From IMG/VR virus record IMGVR_UViG_3300036985_001589, positions 1-26,997 of that record: a stretch of 26,997 nucleotides of DNA. One strand, given 5' to 3'. Source of the DNA: a virus. Taxonomy: Duplodnaviria; Caudoviricetes. The position numbers were made by a program, and so were the translations under genes. Numbering within the stretch: position 1 is the first letter of the stretch; each line of letters starts with the position of its first letter. The notes under the pieces were generated by a model. That model was not told the origin of the DNA and ran no database searches. It saw only the letters and a program-made list of their open reading frames with translations. Shown here piece by piece: positions 8,524 to 16,212 of the stretch.

Positions 8524-9432
8524 ATGGCTATTTCACGCGCACAATTACTGAAAGAGTTGCTTCCGGGTCTTAACGCTCTTTTCGGTTTAGAATATGCTCG
8601 TTACGGTGAAGAACATAAAGAAATTTATGAAACTGAATCATCAGAACGTTCATTTGAAGAAGAAACAAAACTGTCTGGTTTCTCAGCAGCACCTGTCAAA
8701 AACGAAGGCTCAGCCATTAGTTATGACAATGCTCAAGAAGCTTGGACTGCTCGCTACAACCACGAAACTATTGCTTTAGGTTTTTCTTTAACTGAAGAAG
8801 CTATTGAAGATAACTTGTATGACTCTTTGTCTGCTCGTTATACTAAAGGTTTAGCTCGTGCTATGTCTTACACCAAACAAGTTAAAGCGGCTGCTGTTTT
8901 AAACAATGGTTTCTCTGCAGCTTATGTTGGTGGTGACGGCGTTGCGTTGTTCTCATCTGCTCATCCTTTAGTTAATGGCGCTACTAACAGCAACATTCCT
9001 TCTACTCCTGCTGATTTAAACGAAACTTCTTTAGAAGCGGCTGTTATCCAAATCGCTGCATGGACTGATGAACGTGGTTTGTTGATTGCTGCTAAACCTA
9101 AAAAGTTGATCGTTCCCCCTGCATTGCAATTCGTTGCAACTCGCTTGTTGGAAACTGAACAACGTGTAGGAACTGCTGACAACGACATCAATGCGTTGAG
9201 AAACAACGGTTCTATTCCAGAAGGCTACGCTATCAACCATTTCTTGACTGATAGCAACGGTTGGTTCTTAACTACTGATGTACCTAATGGTATGAAGCAT
9301 TTTGTTCGTGCTCCTATCACTAATGACATGAGCGGAGATTTTGATACGGGAAATGTTCGCTATAGAAGTCGTGAAAGATACTCGTTCGGTTGGTCAGACC
9401 CGCTCTCGATGTACGGTTCTGTTGGCGCCTAG
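8524..9432 (+). CDS. Major capsid protein (Mu gpT-like, HK97 fold)
   Basis: MAISRAQLLKELLPGLNALFG start, EEAIEDNLY, LIVPPAL and GDFDTGN-RERYSFGWSD; strong RBS, biased codons, terminator downstream. Confidence 0.92.
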   Translation: MAISRAQLLKELLPGLNALFGLEYARYGEEHKEIYETESSERSFEEETKLSGFSAAPVKNEGSAISYDNAQEAWTARYNHETIALGFSLTEEAIEDNLYDSLSARYTKGLARAMSYTKQVKAAAVLNNGFSAAYVGGDGVALFSSAHPLVNGATNSNIPSTPADLNETSLEAAVIQIAAWTDERGLLIAAKPKKLIVPPALQFVATRLLETEQRVGTADNDINALRNNGSIPEGYAINHFLTDSNGWFLTTDVPNGMKHFVRAPITNDMSGDFDTGNVRYRSRERYSFGWSDPLSMYGSVGA

Positions 9433-9439
9433 TCAATAA

Positions 9440-9452
9440 AATCAAGTACTTA
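9440..9452 (+). promoter_or_regulatory. IHF-consensus match AATCAAGTACTTA
   Basis: Exact match to WATCAANNNNTTR in the gap between the capsid stop and the terminator. Confidence 0.35.
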
Positions 9453-9461
9453 GAGTAAACT

Positions 9462-9487
9462 AAGGGCTTCTTCGGAGGCCCTTTTTT
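9462..9487 (+). terminator. Rho-independent terminator after the capsid gene
   Basis: AAGGGCTTC-TTCG-GAGGCCCTT hairpin with cUUCGg loop, followed by a T-run. Confidence 0.92.
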
Positions 9488-9503
9488 ATGTCTTAAATAA
9501 AAC

Positions 9504-9531
9504 TTGTCTTACTCGGACAAACATGTATACT
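9504..9531 (+). promoter_or_regulatory. Putative sigma70 promoter of the GIY-YIG gene
   Basis: TTGTCT (9504-9509), 16 nt, TATACT (9526-9531); an inverted repeat TTGTC/GACAA overlaps the -35. Confidence 0.55.
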
Positions 9532-9565
9532 ACAACTTACTTAAGCCCTATATCGGAGATTTACT

Positions 9566-10510
9566 GTGAAGAATGTAATATACAAAATAAGAAATGTTGT
9601 AAATAATAAGTTTTATGTTGGAAGTACTGTTAATACAGAAATACGATTTAAAGCACATAGACGCCACCTTCGTAAAGGTAAACATCAAAGTCCACATATG
9701 CAAGCCGCTTGGAATAAGTATGGAGAAGATTGTTTTAAATTTGAAGTTATAGAACATGTTGAAAATCCCGAAGACTTACTTAAAGCCGAACAATTATGGT
9801 TGAATGAACATGCGGGTAAACCTTATTGTTATAACTGGGCCACTGATGCAAGTGCACCTATGCGAGGTAAGAAACACACAGTAGAAACTTTATTTAAAAT
9901 TAAAGAAAATAGAGTTGCTCCAAAAGGTGATAACCATTACGGCAAAGATGTACCAAGGACCGAAGAAACAAAAGCCAAAATCTCTGCTAAATGTTTAGGG
10001 ATACCTAATAAAATGAAAGGTAAAAAACATTCTGAACAAAGCAGATTAAATATTGCTGCAGCTGCTAAACGAGGTGAAGACTCACATTTTTATGGTCAAC
10101 GCCCAGTTAGTGCGGACTTGGCACAAAAACCTATTAGAGCTATCAAAAGAGATCGTAGCGAAGAGGTATATAAAAGCCTAGCCTTTATGCGGGATACATT
10201 AGGTGTATCTATGGCGACTATCATACGTGCTTGTAAATCAGGTAAACCAATACGTCAAGGTGTATGCGATGGTTGGGTGTTGTCTTACGCTAATGAAGAA
10301 GCAAATGTTGCACCTGAAATACCTGAAGAGTATTTAGAGTACCCAAGAACAAGACAAGAAGCTAAAGAACTAGGTGTAAAGCTATACTTTACAGGCATAC
10401 CTTGTGATCGTGGACACATCTCTCTACGTAAGGCTAAAGGCACTTGTGTGACCTGTATGAAAGAAGATTATAAAAAAGATAAACGCTTAAAAATAAACTT
10501 GCACGAATAA
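9566..10510 (+). CDS. Free-standing GIY-YIG homing endonuclease with NUMOD3-like repeats, an HTH-like segment and a C-terminal Cys/His motif
   Basis: VIYKI-x-FYVGST, conserved Arg (IRF), Glu (AEQ) and YN; repeats GKKHTVET, RTEETKAKIS and GKKHSEQS; GTG start with GGAG RBS. Confidence 0.93.
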   Translation: MKNVIYKIRNVVNNKFYVGSTVNTEIRFKAHRRHLRKGKHQSPHMQAAWNKYGEDCFKFEVIEHVENPEDLLKAEQLWLNEHAGKPYCYNWATDASAPMRGKKHTVETLFKIKENRVAPKGDNHYGKDVPRTEETKAKISAKCLGIPNKMKGKKHSEQSRLNIAAAAKRGEDSHFYGQRPVSADLAQKPIRAIKRDRSEEVYKSLAFMRDTLGVSMATIIRACKSGKPIRQGVCDGWVLSYANEEANVAPEIPEEYLEYPRTRQEAKELGVKLYFTGIPCDRGHISLRKAKGTCVTCMKEDYKKDKRLKINLHE

Positions 10511-10527
10511 TAAATCCGTAGTATAAG
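10499..10527 (+). promoter_or_regulatory. Putative sigma70 promoter upstream of the structured element
   Basis: TTGCAC (10499-10504), 17 nt, TATAAG (10522-10527). Confidence 0.5.
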
Positions 10528-10537
10528 TACCTTAATA

Positions 10538-10607
10538 CCGGGAACATTCGGCTTAGTAGACTGCCCCGGCAGACGCATAGAAGACTACTAAGCTTAGACT
10601 TTCTATG
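10538..10607 (+). ncRNA. Structured, pseudoknotted RNA element; candidate Mu-gpT-DE-type motif
   Basis: Interleaved complementary pairs CCGGG(10538-42)/CCCGG(10565-69), GGCTTAGTAG(10550-59)/CTACTAAGCT(10585-94) and CATAGAAG(10576-83)/TTTCTATG(10600-07); intergenic, downstream of a Mu gpT-like capsid gene. Confidence 0.65.
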
Positions 10608-10619
10608 AAGGAAATCGCT

Positions 10620-11078
10620 ATGTCATTTACTACATTCTCAGGCCCAGTTCGCACAGGTACTGTTAAAGACACTACTGGTACTACTGTTGGCTATATTGAT
10701 AACACTGGTGTTGTTGTGTTAGTTCAATCTGGAGCTTTACCTGCAGTTGCTGGTACTACTACTGTTGCAGTTCTCCCCGCTGGTTCTCAAATCTTAGACA
10801 TTCAAGTTGACACAACTACTGTATATGGCGCTGCTACTACTTTAGTTATTGGTGACGGCACTACTGCTAATAAATTTGTTACTTCTACTACTATCACTAC
10901 TGCTGGTCGTGACGATACTTCATCTACTAAACAATGGCTACAATTCGTAAATATTGGAACTACTGATGTTGCTATCGTAGCTACTACTGCTGGTTCTGCT
11001 ACTACTGGTGCTGCTTGGGTTACAATTACCTATGCTCAAAAAACATCTTCTGGTGCTGAAAACCCTGTTTCTGCATAA
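10620..11078 (+). CDS. Putative virion structural (capsid-associated) beta protein
   Basis: MSFTTFSGPV start; AAGGA RBS fits ATG 10620 better than 10605; LPAGSQILDI motif; Thr/Ala/Gly-rich with biased codons. Confidence 0.75.
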   Translation: MSFTTFSGPVRTGTVKDTTGTTVGYIDNTGVVVLVQSGALPAVAGTTTVAVLPAGSQILDIQVDTTTVYGAATTLVIGDGTTANKFVTSTTITTAGRDDTSSTKQWLQFVNIGTTDVAIVATTAGSATTGAAWVTITYAQKTSSGAENPVSA

Positions 11079-11089
11079 TTAATCTGATG

Positions 11090-11110
11090 GGGGCGAAAGC
11101 CCCTTTCTTT
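11090..11110 (+). terminator. Rho-independent terminator
   Basis: GGGGC-GAAA-GCCCC followed by TTTCTTT. Confidence 0.8.
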
Positions 11111-11129
11111 AAACTTTAGGAGATTAATT

Positions 11130-11411
11130 ATGGCTATGCAAACAGACGTCAAATCGGCAGCATGTGCCGCGGCGGCAAGTACATTGGCAGTTAGTGTACG
11201 TACAAGGTTAAAAGGCTTAACTATTAGCTATGCTTCTGGTGCAGTTGTAACTGTTACAGACGGCAATGGTGGCGCTACGTTATATTCTTTTACAGCACCA
11301 TTGGCGGCGGGTGCTACAAACATCCTTATTCCCGGTCAAGGTATTTTAGCTTCTACAGGGTTATATGTTACTAATCCAGCGGCAACTACGACATCCATTT
11401 TTTATGGCTAA
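11130..11411 (+). CDS. Small beta-rich virion protein (hypothetical)
   Basis: AGGAG RBS; MAMQTDVKS start, IPGQGIL motif, IFYG end. Confidence 0.8.
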   Translation: MAMQTDVKSAACAAAASTLAVSVRTRLKGLTISYASGAVVTVTDGNGGATLYSFTAPLAAGATNILIPGQGILASTGLYVTNPAATTTSIFYG

Positions 11412-11414
11412 GGT

Positions 11415-11672
11415 ATGGAGCATCATAGAGAGGATGACCCAGCTATGCAAACAGTGAGAGAACTTGCTACTCATAGTGCAGATATAAGGCACCTTCAGAC
11501 TGACATGGATAAAATGACTAAAGACATGGAAGAGATAAAAGATGCTATTAGAGAAATAAGTAAGACTTTATCGGAAGCTAAAGGTGGATGGAAGTTATTA
11601 CTAGTAGTTGGTGGTATAGGCGCATCTGTAGCTACATTTGTTACTTGGTTTATTGATATGGTTAAACACTAA
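11415..11672 (+). CDS. Coiled-coil protein with C-terminal TM helix (holin/XhlA-like)
   Basis: Heptad region followed by KGGWKLLLVVGGIGASVATFVTWFI. Confidence 0.6.
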   Translation: MEHHREDDPAMQTVRELATHSADIRHLQTDMDKMTKDMEEIKDAIREISKTLSEAKGGWKLLLVVGGIGASVATFVTWFIDMVKH

Positions 11673-11938
11673 TGGCTACTAAAAAAGCTCCAGTCTTATC
11701 GGTTGGTAGAGGGGAAAAGTTACCTGTATCTAAGGGCGCTGGTTTGACTGCCAAAGGTAGAGCTAAGTATAACAATGCTACAGGTTCTAATCTAAAGGCT
11801 CCTCAACCAGAAGGCGGTCCAAGAAAGAAATCATTTTGTGCCCGGATGAGCGGTATGCCGGGTCCTATGAAGGATGAAAGCGGTAAACCTACACGAAAAG
11901 CAGCATCATTAAAAAGGTGGAAGTGCGGTGCCAAGTAA
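11672..11938 (+). CDS. Small basic conserved phage protein (DUF6321-like)
   Basis: GLTAKGRAKYN, RKKSFCARM and SLKRWKC motifs; TAATG coupling. Confidence 0.75.
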   Translation: MATKKAPVLSVGRGEKLPVSKGAGLTAKGRAKYNNATGSNLKAPQPEGGPRKKSFCARMSGMPGPMKDESGKPTRKAASLKRWKCGAK

Positions 11939-12314
11939 ATCAAAGAAACAGCATAACTTCATGGAGATGATTGCTCACTCTCCTAAAATGGCGAAAAAAG
12001 CGGGTGTTCCGCAAGCAGTTGGTAAAGAGTTTGCCGCTGCCGACAAAGGTAAATCATTTAAAGTAGGTGGTAAAATGGCTAAAAAAGTTGATTTAAAGAA
12101 AATGTTTAAAGGTAAAGAGTCTGTAAGCGAAGAGCTTAAAGAAGCTAAAGCTATTAAGTCTGGTAAGATCACACCTATGCAATACGCTAAAGGTGAGAAG
12201 TCTGAGCCAATGAAAAAGATGAAAGCTGGTGGTAAATGTTATAGAGCTGGCGGCTTTGTAAAAGCTGCTGACGGCGTTGCAACTAAAGGTAAAACTAAAG
12301 GTCGCATGATATGA
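11928..12314 (+). CDS. Lys-rich small protein with xxGG motifs and C-terminal DG-A-KGKTKGR tag
   Basis: GTG start overlapping the previous gene; FKVGG, MKAGG and YRAGG motifs. Confidence 0.8.
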   Translation: MPSKSKKQHNFMEMIAHSPKMAKKAGVPQAVGKEFAAADKGKSFKVGGKMAKKVDLKKMFKGKESVSEELKEAKAIKSGKITPMQYAKGEKSEPMKKMKAGGKCYRAGGFVKAADGVATKGKTKGRMI

Positions 12315-12700
12315 AGCCTAAAAAAGAAGATGAAAAAGTAAAGCATAAGCAAGCATCTGAAGCTATTAAAGACGCTGATAATATTAGGTCTAGTATAGAA
12401 GCATCTAAAGGTATGGGTAGAAAACCTCTTATGTCTGAAGGTAAAGAAGATGCTAAAAAACAAATGAGTATGCGAATGATGCAACAAGGCGCAAAAGATG
12501 CGGCTACTGCTAAAGCGTATGGATTAGGTAACTCTCCAAGTGAAGATTTTAGTAATACTCCTAAAAGAAGCCCTATAGATGGTGCTATTGGTGCAGGTAC
12601 GCTGGGTATGAAAAAAGGCGGAATGGTTAAATCTTCATCAGCTTCTTCTCGTGGTGATGGTTGCGCTCAACGTGGTAAAACAAAAGGTAGGTTTGTATAA
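12311..12700 (+). CDS. Small basic protein with C-terminal MKKGG...RGDGCAQRGKTKGR tag
   Basis: ATGA coupling; C-terminus paralogous to neighbours. Confidence 0.82.
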   Translation: MKPKKEDEKVKHKQASEAIKDADNIRSSIEASKGMGRKPLMSEGKEDAKKQMSMRMMQQGAKDAATAKAYGLGNSPSEDFSNTPKRSPIDGAIGAGTLGMKKGGMVKSSSASSRGDGCAQRGKTKGRFV

Positions 12701-13119
12701 TGGCTGCTGGAACGTCTGATAAATATAATGTAAAAAATGGCACTATTAGAGATGTTACAGGAGTTCCATCGCTAGGGGTTACAGCACTTAAATTATCTAG
12801 AAGGGATATGGCCCAACGAAATGCTGACCTATCAAAAAAAGAAGATTATATAAAAGACAAAGAGCCATCTAATTTTTCTGAAGACGTTAAAAAAAGTAGG
12901 GGGAGTTTTAACTCTGCTGTCGGTAAAGCAAAAGGTTTTAGAGAACATGCTAAGATTGTAGATAAAATAAACCCAGAAGGTAAAGCTGTAACACCCACTG
13001 AAGACTATAGTGATGTTACTAAAATAGACAAATATAAATCAGGCGGTATGGTTAAGTCTTCAGCATCACGTGGTGATGGTATTGCTCAACGTGGCAAAAC
13101 TCGTGGTAGAATCTGCTAA
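12700..13119 (+). CDS. Small basic protein with C-terminal YKSGG...RGDGIAQRGKTRGR tag
   Basis: TAATG coupling; C-terminus paralogous to neighbours. Confidence 0.82.
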   Translation: MAAGTSDKYNVKNGTIRDVTGVPSLGVTALKLSRRDMAQRNADLSKKEDYIKDKEPSNFSEDVKKSRGSFNSAVGKAKGFREHAKIVDKINPEGKAVTPTEDYSDVTKIDKYKSGGMVKSSASRGDGIAQRGKTRGRIC

Positions 13120-13280
13120 TGAGGGCTTCACGGGGCATGGGCGACATTAACCCTAGTAAGATGCCTAAAGGTAAGAAGATTATCCGTAAGGACGATCCTA
13201 ATGCTGTAGAGATGTATAAGAAAGGGGGAGTAGCTAAAAGCTTTCCTCCTCTTACTAAAAACAAACGGGCTAAGAAATGA
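13119..13280 (+). CDS. 53-aa basic protein (MRASRGMGDINPSKMP...YKKGG...)
   Basis: Read by hand; TAATG overlap upstream and ATGA overlap downstream fill the gap exactly. Confidence 0.8.
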   Translation: MRASRGMGDINPSKMPKGKKIIRKDDPNAVEMYKKGGVAKSFPPLTKNKRAKK

Positions 13281-13990
13281 CCACTACTGGAACTGCACTA
13301 TTTAATATAGACCTCTCAGAAATAATTGAAGAAGCCTTTGAACGTGCGGGCTCTGAACTTCGTAGTGGTTATGACTTTAAGACAGCCAGACGTTCTCTTA
13401 ACTTACTCCTGATAGAGTGGGGGAATAAGGGCATAAATCTTTGGTGTGTAGAGCAAGGGCAGATTGTCCTTAATACAGGTGTTGCGACATATCCATTGCC
13501 TGTAGACACCGTTGACTTATTAGACCATGTAATACGTACAGGTTCAGGCCAAAACCAATCCGATATAACTATATCAAGAATTTCAGGTTCTACTTACTCG
13601 ACAATCCCTAATAAGAATGCACTAGGTAAACCTATCCAAGTGTGGATAAACAGACAATCAGGAGCAACAACTCCTACAGGTGTAGCTAGTCCAACGATCA
13701 ATGTGTGGCCTACACCACAAGCTCCTGATTCCCAATATACCTTTGTGTACTGGCGCTTAAGAAGAATGCAAGACGCTGGTAACGGCGTTAATACGCAAGA
13801 TATACCTTATCTTTTCTTACCTGCGCTCATAGCTGGCTTAGCTTATTATCTATCTATGAAGCTTCCAGGTATGGACTTACAAAGAGCTACTGCACTTAAA
13901 GCAGTATATGATGAGCAGTTTCAATTAGCTGCGGACGAAAATCGAGAAAAAGCGCCAGTGAGAATGGTCCCAAGAGTGGCGTTTATTTAA
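13277..13990 (+). CDS. Putative head-tail adaptor/neck protein
   Basis: IIEEAFERAG, TARRSLNLL, EWGNKGINLW, VWPTP and AGLAYYL motifs; lies between head and tail genes. Confidence 0.6.
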   Translation: MTTTGTALFNIDLSEIIEEAFERAGSELRSGYDFKTARRSLNLLLIEWGNKGINLWCVEQGQIVLNTGVATYPLPVDTVDLLDHVIRTGSGQNQSDITISRISGSTYSTIPNKNALGKPIQVWINRQSGATTPTGVASPTINVWPTPQAPDSQYTFVYWRLRRMQDAGNGVNTQDIPYLFLPALIAGLAYYLSMKLPGMDLQRATALKAVYDEQFQLAADENREKAPVRMVPRVAFI

Positions 13991-14553
13991 TGCCATTAAA
14001 ATGTCCTATTGCTAGAGCTGAATATGCCAAAGCTTATCGAGATGCTAATAAAGAAAAAGCTACCGCTAGAACCAAAAAATGGCGTATTGATAACCCAGAA
14101 AAACATAAAGAACATCAAATTACATATGCTAAAAACCATCCTGACCTTATAGCCGCAAACCAAAAACGGTGGAAAGCTAATCATATTGATGAGGTTCGAG
14201 CAAAAGATAGGGTTGAGGCTAAATCATATAGGGACGCAAATAAAGAACTTATAAAGATTAGGAAAAAAACATATGCTCAAAATAATACGGATATTATAAA
14301 TGCAAATGTTGCTAAAAGAAAAGCTGCTAAATTGCAACGCATACCTAAATGGACTACTGAAACAGATTTATGGGTGATAAAAGAAATATATGCATTGTCT
14401 GCATTGCGTACAAAACTGACAGGAGTATTATGGCATGTGGATCATATTATACCTTTGCAGGGCGAATTTGTTAGCGGGCTCCATACACCTTTTAATATGC
14501 AAGTAATCTCTGCTACTGAGAATATAAAAAAGAATAATAGATATGAGCTCTAA
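13990..14553 (+). CDS. Free-standing HNH homing endonuclease
   Basis: HVDHIIPL-x-GLH-x-N-x-EN-x-KNN motif at the C-terminus; N-terminal (W/Y)xxxN helical repeats. Confidence 0.92.
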   Translation: MPLKCPIARAEYAKAYRDANKEKATARTKKWRIDNPEKHKEHQITYAKNHPDLIAANQKRWKANHIDEVRAKDRVEAKSYRDANKELIKIRKKTYAQNNTDIINANVAKRKAAKLQRIPKWTTETDLWVIKEIYALSALRTKLTGVLWHVDHIIPLQGEFVSGLHTPFNMQVISATENIKKNNRYEL

Positions 14554-14926
14554 ATACGCGTTAGGTAAAATAGCACTTGGAACCTGTGATGTTTGTGGTA
14601 TGGAGTACTTGCTTAAAACGTTGCGCCCATTGACCATAAAGACTAAGATAACTAATATACTAGCGTGTGACAGTTGCTGGTCTCCTGACCAACCTCAATT
14701 ACAAGTTGGGATGAGGCCCGTTTTTGATCCACAGGCTTTACGCAATCCACGTAGAGACACAAGTTATGACGTATCGGGCTTAGATATTAATAACTACGGC
14801 GCTGGGGGTTCAAGAATATTCCAGTGGGGCTGGGCACCTGTAGGTGGAGCCTCATTATTTGACGAAGTTTTAACGCCTAATGCTTTAATTGCAGTAGGGC
14901 AAGTTAGTTCAGTAACAATTTCTTAA
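14543..14926 (+). CDS. Zn-ribbon (CxxC...CxxC) virion-module protein
   Basis: CDVCG and CDSCW, followed by PDQPQL and DPQALRNPR. Confidence 0.78.
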   Translation: MSSKYALGKIALGTCDVCGMEYLLKTLRPLTIKTKITNILACDSCWSPDQPQLQVGMRPVFDPQALRNPRRDTSYDVSGLDINNYGAGGSRIFQWGWAPVGGASLFDEVLTPNALIAVGQVSSVTIS

Positions 14927-14935
14927 GAGGCATAT

Positions 14936-15115
14936 ATGGCTAATAAAATACAACCCCGTGAAAAAATAAACATAGATAACAATGTGACTACAAAAAACAC
15001 AGCGTCTACTGGCAATAACGGGTACCCTGAGACAGGTATTAAAACTACTGGTGTAAAAACTCGTGGTAATGGCGCTGCTATAAAAGGCTGCACAGCTCGC
15101 GGCCCAATGGCGTAA
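14936..15115 (+). CDS. 59-aa protein ending KTRGNGAAIKGCTARGPMA
   Basis: Read by hand; AGAGG RBS; fills the gap; C-terminus resembles the RG-G-A-(R/K)G tag. Confidence 0.8.
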   Translation: MANKIQPREKINIDNNVTTKNTASTGNNGYPETGIKTTGVKTRGNGAAIKGCTARGPMA

Positions 15116-15118
15116 ACA

Positions 15119-15787
15119 ATGAATTACGCTGCGTTAGTTAGTGCTATACAAGATTACTCTGAAAACACTGAGTCTCTGTTTGTCTCTAATATTCCCTTGT
15201 TTGTTAGCGAAGCAGAACTGCGCATATATAACTCTGTACAGATTCCAGTACTTAGAAAAAACGTAACGGGTACTGTAACAAGTAGCAACCCTTATCTATC
15301 TTGTCCTAATGACTTTATGGCTGTGTATTCTCTTGCGGCTATCAGTGCGTTAGGTGCATATAATTATCTTATTGATAAGGATGTAAGTTTTGTTCGTGAA
15401 GCTTACCCTAATCCGACTGATACAGGGCTACCTAAGTACTACGCTATATTTGGCTCACAGTTAACATACCCTACAGAGCTATCTCTTATCCTAACACCAA
15501 CACCTGATGCTAGTTATAGCGTAGAACTGCATTACTACTATATGCCTGAGTCTATAACTACAACTGCTTCAGGTACTACTTGGTTAAGCGATAACTACGA
15601 TCCTGTATTGTTCTACGGCGCTATGCGTGAAGCTATGATCTTTATGAAAGGTGAAGCAGATATGGTTGGCTACTACGAACAAAAGTATCAAGAAGCCTTG
15701 GGTCAACTAAAACGTCTTGGTGATGGTTTGGAACGTGGTGACTCGTACAGAAACAACCAAACTAAACTACCTTATAGCAGCTTATGA
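15119..15787 (+). CDS. Putative tail adaptor/tubular protein A-like
   Basis: AELRIYN, GLPKYYA, PTPD-YSVELHYYY-PESI and TWLSDN motifs. Confidence 0.62.
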   Translation: MNYAALVSAIQDYSENTESLFVSNIPLFVSEAELRIYNSVQIPVLRKNVTGTVTSSNPYLSCPNDFMAVYSLAAISALGAYNYLIDKDVSFVREAYPNPTDTGLPKYYAIFGSQLTYPTELSLILTPTPDASYSVELHYYYMPESITTTASGTTWLSDNYDPVLFYGAMREAMIFMKGEADMVGYYEQKYQEALGQLKRLGDGLERGDSYRNNQTKLPYSSL

Positions 15788-16203
15788 TAGTTCAAGGCCA
15801 GACTACAATTTTTAAACAGAATCTACTTAGTGGTCTAGAGAACTTCGCTACGGGTACAACTCAGGTTTATAGGATAGCTTTATATACAGCTGATGCTGAA
15901 CTCAATGCTGCAACTTTAGTTTATACAACTTTAAATGAAGTAGTTGGGACAGGATATGTCGCAGGGGGGAATGTATTAACGCCTATAGTACCTGCTAGTT
16001 CAGGTTCAACAGCTTATGTATCATTTAATAATGCCGTATGGTTAGCATCTAGTTTTCTATGTCGTGGCGCTTTGATATATAATGATACAACTAATGCCTC
16101 TGTAGCTGTTTTAGACTTTGGTTCAGATAAGACTGCATCAGGTACATTTACAGTAACCTTTCCACCATCTACAGCAACAACGGCTGTTATACGAATATCT
16201 TAA
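15784..16203 (+). CDS. Virion tail structural protein
   Basis: IALYT, GYVAGG, RGALIYN and VLDFGSDK motifs; ATGA coupling. Confidence 0.7.
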   Translation: MIVQGQTTIFKQNLLSGLENFATGTTQVYRIALYTADAELNAATLVYTTLNEVVGTGYVAGGNVLTPIVPASSGSTAYVSFNNAVWLASSFLCRGALIYNDTTNASVAVLDFGSDKTASGTFTVTFPPSTATTAVIRIS

Positions 16204-16212
16204 GGAACTATT

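Noticed and set aside
9433-10604. Group I intron housing the GIY-YIG gene
   Set aside because: The capsid gene is complete with stop and terminator, flanks are too short for an intron core, and no gene is interrupted.
10538-10607. Canonical HDV-like/theta ribozyme or tRNA
   Set aside because: I could not assign a canonical P3/L3/P1.1 and J4/2 arrangement or a cloverleaf by eye; kept only as an unclassified structured element.
10605-10619. ATG 10605 as start of the downstream gene
   Set aside because: It lies inside a predicted helix and lacks an RBS; AAGGA at 10608-10612 fits ATG 10620.
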